DNA of 64,000 nucleotides from Asterias rubens (Eukaryota), in contig NC_047067.1 in assembly GCF_902459465.1 (NCBI RefSeq), positions 19,840,001 to 19,904,000 on the forward strand. The letters run 5' to 3'. Below are positions 24,601 through 36,800 of this stretch, piece after piece (the stretch's first letter is position 1; each line of letters begins with the position of its first letter). A program made the position numbers and the translations under genes. The notes beneath the pieces are model-generated. The model was not told the DNA's origin, searched no databases, and saw only the letters and a program-made list of their open reading frames with translations.

Positions 24601-24782
24601 GGCCCAATTTAATGGAGCTGCTTAAGCACATAAAGTAGCCAAGCACAACACGATTATGCTTACCCCCATAATAAGGTTATCAGCCAAACTACCATGACAT
24701 TGTGTACAGGTTGTGTCTGGTATCTTGCTAATTTCTGCTCAAATTTTTTTTCTGCATATAAGCAGCTCTATGAAACTGGACC
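24601..24782. mobile_element. GGCCCAATTTCA-type MITE copy
   Basis: cag|GGCCCAATTTAATGGAGCTGCTTA ... AAGCAGCTCTATGAAACTGGACC. Confidence 0.75.
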
Positions 24783-25320
24783 TGAAATAAAAATGGGAAC
24801 CATTTATCGGTACCACGGTGAGATGGGATTAATTTAGAAAAGACATATATATGCAAAAACGACATCATACAGGTGTTTATGCCCTAAAAATTGATTCTTA
24901 GAATTCTCGACCGTTCGACACCGTCTGGTATCAGAATAATCCACACCCTTCCAAGGTTAAAAAAGGTCTCAGATTCGGAAACGGAAGTCCACAAACCCAG
25001 ATGTTGGGAAAAAGTCTTCAAGTGTTATTGAACAAAAATGAATTCAGAATGTTTACGGTTACAATATTGCCACCTACGAAGTAGATTGAGATCCTTCATG
25101 ATTCCTATAAGCAGTGTTCTTTGGTCTGCCAATATATTTTTCTCTGAACCCTTGTGGAAGCCCCTTGTTAAAATACCTTGGTTTGGAACGAAGTTTCTCT
25201 GGGAAAAGAAACCTTTTGAAGAAAAAGAGGATTTGAAACACTGGATTGGACGCCAACTGTTTGTTTTTCAGTAAAACCACGGAATAATAATATAACTTCT
25301 AGCACAGAACTTGTGGTGTA

Positions 25321-25370
25321 ACAATCAACGTTTCGATCAGTTTGCTTTGATTGTCTTCAGAAGAAGACAA
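25321..25370 (-). ncRNA. hammerhead-ribozyme-like motif (Penelope-like relic), core intact, helices damaged
   Basis: Minus strand: CTGAAGA-C-AATCAA-AGCAAA-CTGATC-GAAAC-GTT-GA. Confidence 0.45.
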
Positions 25371-28300
25371 TTATTATCAGTCAGTGTTACTACACAACAC
25401 ATGGGGTAAATTATTGCATCAAAGAAGAACATAACAATGGTTCATGTATATTTTTTTCCTCTATGAATTCTTTGATACCTTATCTGAGATTATTGTTCCC
25501 TCAGGAAAGGTAGACCCTCTTTTAGACCAGAGTGAGCAAATATTAAACTGGATTCCCCCAAACCAAAAAATATCCGAGGCAACTATATCGACCCCTCTCG
25601 CTTAGCAAAGAGGACCCTTTCTTTGATTGCTAGCTGTCAAAAACAATATTTTATCACAGAGGTTCATCATATTCACTGATATAACATTCTCATTCCATAA
25701 CCTTTTGATATTTGTATTTCTGGGTCAGTCACAAGCGGTTTACAGTTCAGGTTTCTCATATTTGTTTTATTATTAATAGGGGCAATCAAACCATATTTTC
25801 AGAACTTCTGTTTCTTGTATTATTACTAAACAGTTGCAAAAATTGCAAAAGTTTGCAAAAATCATAAAGAATTTAAATTTAGGTTTCAACGATTTCATGT
25901 TATAGACGAAACATATTATTGCTCAGAGTAAAACTAACATTTCTTAATCGATGACCATTTTTGGGTTTCCCCGAGCAGCAAAGTAGGTAAAAAGTGCACA
26001 CAAAAAAGTCCGAAGATCAGGGGAAAAGATCGCCGATTCTCTATAACTTATTTGAGAAACAATCCTGAATTTCATGAAAGCCTGTATAGACATGTCTTTA
26101 CAAAGCAATTGACAACAGGTAAATGACACGCATCAAAGACATTCCATGCTGGGAAACTAGAAGTTTGAAAAAGCCCTATGAGATAACAAATTTCAACTTC
26201 ACGGGCGCCATAGAAGCGACGCGGTACTTGGCCGGTTAGTTCATGGGCAAGGGACTGAAAACACGGTGGGTCTGAGAGGGACTTTGTACCCATGAGAATT
26301 CTTTGACTTTTGAGGCCTAACCCCGTATTACCAGCACCCTTATCTTGTGTTGACATGACAGTTGTAATCACTTCCGATCTGTGACTGCATAATTTTGTGT
26401 GCTTAGAGAAAAAGCTGCGAGGAGCCCGTGTTCTGAAAATATTAAGACCCACGAGTTTTCAGGAAGTCCACATACATTAGAAACGAAAGTATAGTCAGAA
26501 TGTTGAGGGAATTTTTTTAAACCAACAACTAAATTTTGTTAAGTCAAAGATGGATCTTGAAAATATACAGCCATTTTATATTCATATTGGATCATGATAT
26601 CCATACTTCCAGCAAAGCGAGGGAAAATCTGAATGACTTTGTAAACATGCCAATATTTTGCTGCTAAGCATGATTTGGGATATACAAAAATGACAGATGA
26701 TTGCAATGTTTCCCATGCCAATACCATTCTCTTTATAACCAAGATGGCTGCCAGCGGGCCTGGAATTAAATGCAGGTCTGCCTGCCTGCCCCTGGTCTTT
26801 GCCTTGGTGTCCCTTCAAAGGTTTCCCATTGACTTTATGATTTTTCAATTGAAGTGCCCTTTTGTCAAATGAAAAAAGCACTGCCCTTTTAAAGATGAAA
26901 CTGACCTATACATGACATGGTGTTTGGTGATGGTCAAAATGGGTACACCAGTCTCTCAATCTGAATTTTTCAAACACACCTCTGTGCATGTCTCTATGTA
27001 GGGCCACTAATTATATTAAACGTACCACCCAACGGAATACTGGTTGGGGAATTTGTGAGTTTAAGTGCCACCTATTTACTCACACTAGGTCCCACATAAA
27101 GTTGCTTTTGTAACCGTATGTTTGTTACTCACATTTCTAACAACCACACAAACAAGACTGTTAGCTGAGCTATATAGGCACGCCCAACGGTATCTTTTGT
27201 CATTGCAGTAACGGTGTGGGAAAGGGGGGGGGGGAATTCTGTGTTGTTTTTCTCGGGAATACACCAAAACAAACTTCTTAGCTATAGTAATAGCATTGTT
27301 AGGAGAACTGACTGTAAACCTCAAAGTGGGTGGTGAAGGACATGGATTTTGGAGGGGTGGGGGGGGGGGGCACATATCGCTACCGTATAAAACAGGTTAC
27401 ACGGTCAGTCATATTGTGCAAAATTTAATAGTATTAATCGTTGGCTTGCTTGTAAAGCAAAACGCAAAATCAACTTCTTTTTTAATGTGAAAAAAAAACA
27501 AAACTGAAGATTTCCATCAAAACGTGCATAGGAAGATTTCAAAAGAACGTCTTGGAAAAGGCATAAATAGTTTTTCCTAGCAGGTCTAAATTTCTTAAAG
27601 CCTATCAGCACAAATTTGATACTTTCACAGACAAGTCTTGCTTAGCAGAAACAGGTCACCAGCAAAAGTGTCACTCAAAGTTTTTGCTAAGCAAAGAATT
27701 AGTTAAGCCATTGTGATAGCACTCTCCCGGTTCCCACTGCTATCTTTTTAATCAGCACCATCACCTGACAAGTCTTGCGAAATCACTCGGTCATTATTGC
27801 AAATTATAAAAACCACTAATTTAAGGTACTTCTTCATAGTTTGTTTTACAGTTGACTTTTTTCCTGTCGATTTTCCTTGAATGAATCTAGGGTAGCACAT
27901 GACTTTGATTTTTTTGAGTGCAAATGATCCTTGTAGTTTGCAAGCCTGGTGTTCTTCTGATTTTCTTCTGATTTTCTTCAGTGACTGAAAACAAATCCAG
28001 AAAAAAGACCAGTCAGCAAAAGCAACTTTATCCAGATGCCAATGGATTGTGTTTCATTATCATTACATGTATTTATGTTTTACCAACAAGTTTATGAATG
28101 TATGAATGGATAATACATACACAAAGAAACAAAGAAACAAAAAAACCAACAAACAAAGAAACATACACAAATTTGAGCAGGTTTCAAACTTTGCTTACAA
28201 AGTTGTTTTCATGTCAATTTCACTGAGAGTAAATCTCTCTCTAAACAAAAACAACAAATGATGCGCTTTTTCCCGCACAAACTGCTGTTAATAAAAGCAA

Positions 28301-28954
28301 AGAAAACTTAAATGAAAAGGAACAAGTCTAAAATTTACAGTGTCAAACTATTTTCCTTCTTTAAAATTCCTTTAAAGTAGTCTAATCAGATCTGGTTCAA
28401 GCTCCCAAAAATATTTATTGTTTTGTTTACTATTTCTACCAACAAGTGAACAAAATAGAACACACAAGTTGACGCTATTTTAATCTAGCACAACAACCTG
28501 GTGCGTTTATAGATCAAAGAAGAGGCGGTGCCTTTATTATATATATATTCGCCACAATCACTCCCCCACTTAAACGACTCCCTGATAGCGCAGAGCCATT
28601 ATATGCAATCAGCCAGCAATACACACACATTACAACAGGTGGGAGTCACATGATGTTACTTTCAGCCAATCAGAAGCCGGGGCTATTTATAGCTGGACTG
28701 TTGCTGTGTGCTCTTTAGGGCTCCCTGTGTGTTGATTTAATACCTGTTGTATAACACCCTGTCGCCTCATTACGTATAACAGTTGGCATTTTTCTCGGCC
28801 TAGACATTTTCTACCAATGGCAACACTGCTTCAAACAAAAGCAAATTATTATTATATCTTTCTGGTCATGAAACCAAGAAACCCTCAAAAGGACCTAGCA
28901 CTGTGACCCGTAGGCCTGAAGATACGTGTATACTGAAGATGTCGAAGAAAATGT

Positions 28955-29040
28955 AATCAGGTAGGGACTGAAAACCCAATCCACATGCAAGGTTCTAGTC
29001 TGGGGTTGGATTCGAACCAGGGTCCATTGAGGTGAAGGGA
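28955..29040 (-). mobile_element. tRNA-derived SINE fragment (family also at 32.2 and 63.7 kb)
   Basis: B box GGTTCGAATCC (minus, 29018-29008) followed by GTGGATTGGGTTTTCAGTCCCTACCTGA. Confidence 0.65.
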
Positions 29041-29949
29041 CATCTGAGGCAATTGGACTTTGACAAGCAAAAAGGAGGACACAGACAAGCTGCAAACTTT
29101 ACAAGACACCATAATTCATAGATGCACTTAGAATGTAGAATGTTCCTCATGCAGTCTCTTTAGATAAACTTTATTCAGATACTTTAAAAGCATCCTCCTC
29201 CATTTGTACACATACACCCTCCCCCCATGTTAACACCCATCTTAGATTGCCTGGGCCAAGGGCACCTTGAACACCCTCAACTATGGAGTACCCCAATGCC
29301 CTTATCCTCAACCCTATACCCATACAAACAGGTGTAACAGGTACCCCCATCAACCCTGGACATGCCCTCATGGAATGTTAGACAGGCACTCTCAATACAA
29401 AGTGCATGTACACAAACCATATCTCCATGGGTTGTACAAATAGGAATCAGCACTAAACAAGGGATTCCCTACCCCTGGATTGGGGGTAAATATAGATGAA
29501 AGCTTTACGTTTCCAAATAAGGCATATGGATGCCAGATCGCTACGGTACTGTATGAGTGCGTAGACAAGTAACTACTCATGATTTAGGTCTGCTCGGACA
29601 TTCCGAAGGTGTTGTCACAAAGGATCAGACCGTCAGGTGACACGATGCTTTGATTGTCACATTATGACAGTGGGGCTGACACCCCTCGCGAAAACTAAAA
29701 GAGATCATTTCAATCTTTGAGGACCTGAAGTGTTTTATTAAGCACATTTTCAACATGAATCTATGCACACTGAACCATTAAAATGATTTTGACCCTGATT
29801 TTGATATAGGCCTAAGTGGTACTGTTTTTAAATAAACAACACTGTAAGATACCAATTTTGAATCCATCACAATGCTGGGCTTTTCATTTTTATAAGGTCA
29901 AGTAAAACACACAATTTACTATTTCTGTCACACACAGCTCTGTGTTGCA

Positions 29950-30240
29950 GTCACTCTGTGGACATTCTTTCTTCTGTACACTTATCCTATTCTTCAACGC
30001 AGTGAAAAACACTGTGTGGATGTGTGTAATAGGAAGTCCACATAGTGTTTCAAGCCCTTCCATTATGTGGACCTCTTTTTCCGGGTACACACTTACTTAT
30101 ACTATAAAACACACATAAGGCTCTGTCTGCAGCCCACTCTCCACTCTGTGGATATGTGTGTGTGGACTTGTGTAAGTCCACATAGTGTTTCATGTGCCAA
30201 CAGTATGTGGACCTCTTTTGTTCTCAGGTCTACACTTCAT
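29950..30240. repeat. ~140-bp tandem duplication of a hairpin-bearing repeat (third copy at 43383-43460)
   Basis: AAGTCCACATAGTGTTTCA at 30034 and 30174, each followed by TATGTGGACCTCTTTT. Confidence 0.75.
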
Positions 30241-31808
30241 AATGTAGCATTCAAACACACACACACACACAGAGGAAATGCTGACACCTTATCGTGGCCG
30301 ACTTAATAACTCTTAACCTAAATACACCAAAGGATGAGAATCTGGGATTTTTACCCCACTCACACCCCCATTATTATTTGACCAGAGGAAGATCTCCATT
30401 GTTTACATCCTGGACAATATCGGACAAAGGTCCATAGTTACATTGCCATCTGAACTCCGGCAAACTTTGCAGTGTCATGATTTGAATAGAATAGGTTTTA
30501 AACACGTTGGTGTTGGTGTACATATCAGATGGGTAGGGACTTAAAAACACACCAGGCGGCGGATAAGATCACAGGCTTTTATTTGAAGGCTTGCACGCAA
30601 GTTGATCCTGGTTTGTGGATATATGATGATCATTATGTAACTCAGAAGTTTGGAATTTACACAAAGTGTGTTCCAAGGGGAAATATTTCCTACAGAATGT
30701 GTCCTTGGGAGTGTTTGTAGTCCAAGTAGCTGTAAAGATTATTCAAGAAAATGAAGTTAGGCTTATAGTCAATGCAACAATGACCTTCATTCCTTAGCTC
30801 CTTAGTTATTCTGGCCAAGAGCTGAACCCAACCCATCAAAATACTCTATTAAATGGTAAATAAAAACCCAAGTTGTTTGAATTGGTATACCTGGTCCCCC
30901 CTTCTTTTTATTAACTAATACAGCATTAAGGGAGATCCAAGCAAATTCAAGTACAAATTCATCACACTGATTTTGGAAGAACTCTGGGTGGTTTTAGTTG
31001 TACGTTAGTTGAAGGCATCATTGTGTAGTACATCCACATATTCCACTCATTCAACAAACAGCCCCCCCCCACTCAGAACCCTTGCCCCCTCCCCTCCCCC
31101 TTCTCATCCAAAGTGGGGTTTTAACATGCAACAATGAATCGGGCTTGATAAATTTACAATTTAGAGACCATTGATTTCTATATAATCATTACAAAAAATC
31201 CAGACAATGCTTGTTATAGACCTATACTGTTCATTTCTTAAATCAAATTCAAAACACTAGGGAGGGGTGAAAGACTGGGGGTGAGGGGCAAGGGGAGGGG
31301 GTAGCTAATAGAACTAGTAGAACATCCAAACACACACCCTAAAGATAATTGAGCCATATATTTACAAATTGGTGTGATAGTGGACAACTTTTTGGGTTGT
31401 CAAGAGCCTCATGCAAGATTAAATTTAATGTGCAAGTCATGTATATAAACATACATATTTAAACCATGGAGATAGAACTATGCATTTTTTGTGTCCTTGA
31501 ATGCCTAATGGTTTTACACTTGGTAAACTTCTACACCCCCCTTCTGCTCGGAAACAGTGACTATAAATAAGCATGATAAACAGGCTCTCAAATACTAATT
31601 TTTTCCCCAGATTTTGCAATAAATGGTGACTTTTGGTCAGACAAAGTACCGGGTAAGAATCACAATGAGGTCAACAAGTGACTGTTGTCACTGTTGCGGT
31701 AATTTGTTTTAAAGCAAAGATACTATTGCTTTGGAGAAAAAGGTTTATTCTACGAAGCATTTACAAAACTGAGTGTAACAGTAGCTTTGCAAAAATACCC
31801 AATACCTG

Positions 31809-32008
31809 AGTCCAATATCATTAAGCCTATAAGCAGGAAACCTTGCGAAGCACAACAAATACTTATGCTCAGCAAAAATAGGTTACCACCCAGACCACTA
31901 TTACAGTTGCTATAATACCATTGCTGCGACTATTTCCGAGGTAATTTCTTCCTTAGACAAGATATTGCTAAGCAGAATTTTCTGCTTAACAGCTTGATGA
32001 AATTGGGC
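31809..32008. mobile_element. GGCCCAATTTCA-type MITE copy
   Basis: ctg|AGTCCAATATCAT ... ATGAAATTGGGC; internal gctaagcagaattttctgctta is shared with the family. Confidence 0.65.
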
Positions 32009-32196
32009 AGAGGTAGATTGATTCAGCCTGTCAAATTTGGGCAAACATAAAAATTGGCTGCAATTGGACTAGACCAGAATAGCTTGGTATACTTCCGATC
32101 TTCAAGAGGTATTTGTCACCTGACTAGGATATGGATCTGGAAACAATATTCTCAACGCTCTAATTTATTTAGAGCCAAACTAGAAGAGAAGGTTAT

Positions 32197-32335
32197 GGAG
32201 AAATTTCAGTTTTAGATGTGGGAGGAAACCCAAGCAGTCAGGTAGGAACTGAAAACCCAATCCACACAATGCCCCCCCCCCCCCCCCCCCCCCCCCCGCG
32301 TGGGGCTCGAACCGGGGTCCCAGAGGTGAAACACC
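32197..32335 (-). mobile_element. tRNA-derived SINE with GGTTTCCTCCCACA (V-domain-like) body and internal 26-nt G run
   Basis: B box GGTTCGAGCCC, then poly-G (plus-strand C run 32272-32297), then TGTGGATTGGGTTTTCAGTTCCTACCTGACTGCTTGGGTTTCCTCCCACATCTAAAA. Confidence 0.7.
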
Positions 32336-33667
32336 ATCCTGACCCCCAAAGAATATCAGGAAAAGGGACAAGAGAAAAATAGTATCACCCACAGGTTTTG
32401 TTTTCAAGGTCAAAGAGAGAGGGAGCTGGGCAGGATAGAATCCAACGATGAACTTAATGGAATAGAAGTACATTTACAAGTACATTTATGACAACATCTG
32501 TTGATGTAACGTGCACTTTAGTATGAATTAAGCTATTCCAAATCATTTTTACATGAATGATCCCACTCTGCCCCTTACAATCAATCATTGTCTCATTTAT
32601 GTGGTTGAAAATGAACTTAACATGAAACATGGCTAATTTCTTAAAATAAGCGGCAACAAAATTATATGTGCTACCATAAACATTATTTTTTTATGGTAGC
32701 TCTCCAGCAGGTAGATTGGTGTGGTGCCACTAAACGGGGACACACCAATAATATTTGTTTAAGAAACCCCGTTATCGGCCTTTGTTTCTTATCATGTAAC
32801 TTTGTAACCACTGGGACTGATTTAATAAAGTTTAATGTTTATTAATCCGGGACCTTGGGTTCTCCAAACTGGTTGGTTTCATTTCAGGTATTTGGTATTT
32901 TGATCGCCTCTATGATCTCACTACCTTTTTTTGTAAGTAATCATGAAGGTGAATCGTCATTAGGGCCTAATTACAATTTTACTACCTGAATGATTTGATC
33001 ATTTTTAAAGCACAATTTTGTTTCTTTCAAGGGAATGACTAACAACTTGTTTTCTTTTTTGCCTTCTCATTTTCCCCAAAGATATCTTCCTCTTTACCCT
33101 GCCCCATTCACAAATTAATCACTTTTTCTCCCTCTTCTATCTTGTCCTTTGTGTTCAAACCAGCCCCTAACCTCCACCCCTGTCCCCTTTTAAATTGTTT
33201 ACCCCTTACTTATACTTTGTCTGTGTGCTTTCTCCCAGTTGATCTCAATATAAACATAATTGAATGTTTTGTAACCACCCCCCCTGGAATGATAATGTCC
33301 CCATATTAATCGCCCCCTGGATTTTGAAGATCTTCTTGAACTTTGGACCAATTGGCGGCGCCTAGGGTTGCCCCCTTTGATATTTGCACAATATCCGCTG
33401 AGGTTTACAAACAATGATTGAAAGCTTTTATCAAAGATAAATATTTCCGGTGGACTTTGGGACCGGGTGCATTGTAAAGTCTGATTATAAAAAAATAATG
33501 TATGTTACTTATCAGTGCAATAGTGTATAATAATACCTTGTTATAAAAAATTTAAGTTATCTTCCTGATTTCAGCAGGAAATCTATAACAGGTGATCCCT
33601 CCACTTCCCAGGTTGTATCGTAAACTTGGGTGACTGGTTTCTTGCTTAGACCATGGAGGTAGAAATA

Positions 33668-34212
33668 AGGCCCATTCACACGAGCGCTGCAAACGAGGGT
33701 CCCGTGCGATTTCATAACATCGATGTAATGAAATCGCAAATCCACGTCGTGTGAATGTTTTAATTCACCATTTGTTATGTCTCATCAATAATTCCATATC
33801 TAAAAAGCATTTCCATTCAACAATGTAGCATTTTTAACGTCCAAAAAGCTATTTTTGGAATTTTGTGTTTTTCTTTTTTTTAGCTTCAAAAACGTAACCC
33901 CCTTCCCGCCGGCCACCGGGATGGGAGTTACGATATCGCAAATGTTTTTAAAATATTCCACATTTTATGTGACTTAATTGATTTCAATGAAATTGATTTA
34001 TTTTATTCCTTTTAACTGTAAGGTTTTTGTTTTAACTCTTGCTTGTAGACTTTTGTCCGTGCAGTAGGCCTACCCAAACGAGGGACGTATGTTTACATGT
34101 GTGTGTGCGTGTCGTGTGAATGCTCGCTAAAAAATCGCACGCGGTAAAGGTGACAGACGGCTGGCGCCCTTAACCAGGGACCCACGTTTGCAGCGCTCGT
34201 GTGAAAGGGGCT
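33668..34212. mobile_element. 545-bp non-autonomous TIR element (PIF/Harbinger-like termini), TA-flanked
   Basis: ~36-bp TIRs AGGCCCATTCACACGAGCGCTGCAAACGAGGGTCCC / GGGACCCACGTTTGCAGCGCTCGTGTGAAAGGGGCT (3 mismatches); TA at 33666-33667 and 34213-34214; CpG-rich compared with its flanks. Confidence 0.8.
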
Positions 34213-34674
34213 TATAGATGCTTAGACTAGCACTAAATTGTTACGCAACATTTTCTGCATAGGAAGCACTTTGATATTGGGTCCTGGTGTTATAGATGGC
34301 AAACGATAAATTGGTAGTCCGAAAGAACAACATTAAACATTCCCTTTCATAATTCACTTCAAAGTACCGTTACACTCAAAACAAAAAAATCATTAACTCC
34401 ATTCAGCAATATTTTCTACAAATGTCCGATAATTTGAAGAAGGAAATAACAACAGGTGTGCTGGAGGAAGGGTTACTAGGTCTAACAGGTGAGCAATTTT
34501 TACAGAAGGATCGATTTCTTCTTTAATGTTTCGCTTGACAGTAAACTCTACCAACCCCAAAGTTTTGAACGGCTTATATGTCAATGAAATAAAGTCTCCC
34601 AAAATCCAAGTTGAACAACATAAACATCCCTAGTGTACCTTTCTGCTCATGTGTTGGAAAAATCTTACTTATCA

Positions 34675-34830
34675 ATATTTAGGCAAGTCTTACTTAGGTA
34701 TAATATGCTGAAGGTAAATCTTACCTAGGCCTATGTCATATGCAAATATTCTTTAGCCCTATGTTTAGGCAAATCTTACTTAGGCCCAAGTCATATGCAA
34801 ATCTTACTTTGGTCTATGTTATAATTTAGG
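34675..34830. repeat. degenerate minisatellite (AAATCTTACTTAGG-based)
   Basis: At least four AA(A/G)TCTTAC(T/C)T(A/T)GG units with interspersed TCATATGCAAAT. Confidence 0.6.
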
Positions 34831-35097
34831 CAGGCCTCAAAATAACCCATGGCACCCACATCAACTGCCATAGACCTTATCGCAAATACTCCAATGAGGC
34901 TAGCTAGACCAGCATGCATCTCATTCAACAGTTAGCACTTGTGCAACGGGTATTTGCGAAAGGGTCAACGGTGCCCTGTGCTTTTGCTGCCCTGATGTGC
35001 AAGGTTCATGTACAAACTTACTACATCTTCCTCATAAAGTGCCCCTTACCAGAGACATATTGTGCGGTGCCCCATCAAGAGCGAAGTTCAAGGCCTG
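34831..35097. mobile_element. hAT-like GTGCCC-rich MITE carrying a nested ~100-bp TIR element (34870-34969)
   Basis: Outer ends CAGGCCTCAAAAT / AGTTCAAGGCCTG; inner TIRs ATAGACCTTATCGCAAATAC / GTATTTGCGAAAGGGTCAAC; the body is homologous to the 97-bp repeat unit at 45.5 kb. Confidence 0.65.
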
Positions 35098-36800
35098 CTT
35101 ATGCCTACATTATAAAAACAATGACATTTATTTGTGGAAACAAGAACTTTTGTAACTTCTAGGAAATAAAGTTTATCTATGTAACTTTAACACGGCAAAC
35201 ACATTAGAGAGGGATTATCCAGGTTGAACATATCATAAAGGATTCCAGTTGGGTAATGACATCCAAAGATAACAAGTTAGGTTTGAGGATTAAAAGATAA
35301 TATATTTGAAGGGGAAGGTTTCTTTTTAACCATTTGATTGTTTCTTATCCTATAAAATGTAGATTTATAAAATGAAACTGACATGTGAAAACGTTTTTGA
35401 TATCACTGAAATCAGGAGCGAAGAGGGACCTGCAAGCAATGTCAAAATTGTGTGGCATAAAAGTGATATCTTTTTACATAACCACGTTTCTTCAAAGTAA
35501 CTATAAGACTGACTTTAAAATTCTGAATTCAGTTTAAGGTCTGAATTTCTCATCCCCTGATAATTACAATGAAACAATCTAACTATTCAACATGCATTTA
35601 AATTGATTGAGAGTCCTTAATGCTACTTGTGGCTGCTACGGTCACTAAAGGGGGGGGATCTATGATTAATTTTCACCAATCTCACAAAGGTTTATTCTAT
35701 TTAGAATCAGATAGGTTGTAAGACTTGAGACTTGAACTATCAAACTAGATAACACTGACACTATCTGATCTAGAATCTGATTAATTTCATTCCAAATGAA
35801 TAGATTTTTTTCTCAGTAAAAATTCATAATAAACAAATAACTCATTTATCAGTCTGGTGTTGAGTGAACTTTTTATCTGGTCTGGATGCTTCACTTCTTC
35901 TCTTTTGAGTTGTTGCTCATGATCCTTATATTGGGGCAGCCATTGGACCTTTATTATGGTGCCGCCATCTTGATTTTCTCCCATTCAAATCAATGTATCG
36001 TGGCTGGAAGGGGAAATAGTATTATTATGTACAATGAGTATTAGCTTCTGTTACTGTTGTCGGATACAAGGAACATGACTAAGATGGTGGCATCATAATA
36101 AAGGATTTTGTCAGCCATCCCTCTGGATGGTGAAGCGAGGAATTCCTTCTCCTGGCATGATATTACCTCTAAGATTTAAATGTAAACAAATTGACAAACC
36201 TTCAAGACATTTTGTCAATAAAGAGATGCATTATGATTGGTTGCTAAAAATAGCTTCTGATGAATAGCACTAATCAATAGTGCCTTGGGAAATAAATACC
36301 CCAAAATAACTTCTTGGTAGGATTCTTCCAAAAAGTTTATGGGGGTGATGGGGCTAGGGGTCGGGTGGTGGGGGGTCCTTTCCCTAAAAACATTTTTTCA
36401 AAGGGGAGAAATTAAATAAGGGAGCTTAAACTCTAAACTGTCCATCTTGTCCCAACTCTTTTAAAAATGTCCCACAATTCTGAAGATATTTGTGATTTAA
36501 GAGTCGTGACCCCTCCCCTTTGAAAAGATCTGCCCCATATTTCAATTATAGGTTTTGTGACTTGCTGCATTCCATCCTTTGGCCCCCACTTTGGCCCCTT
36601 GGAAGTAAATCTCGTTTCTTTAATTATCCAGGAGAGGAATATTGATTTACCAGGGACCAAAACTTAATCGTCTTGCAACAGCTCATTTCTCAAATAAATT
36701 TCACAAAACTCTCCTGAAGAAAGGTTGCCCAGATGGAAATGCAACTTATAATCTTACAAGTTGGTAGAAAGATTTCCTTTGACAACAAGTCTCTAACCTG

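Noticed and set aside
30610-30660. WIYDDHYV as a reverse-transcriptase YxDD motif
   Set aside because: Spacing is YDD rather than YxDD, and no other RT motifs are nearby.
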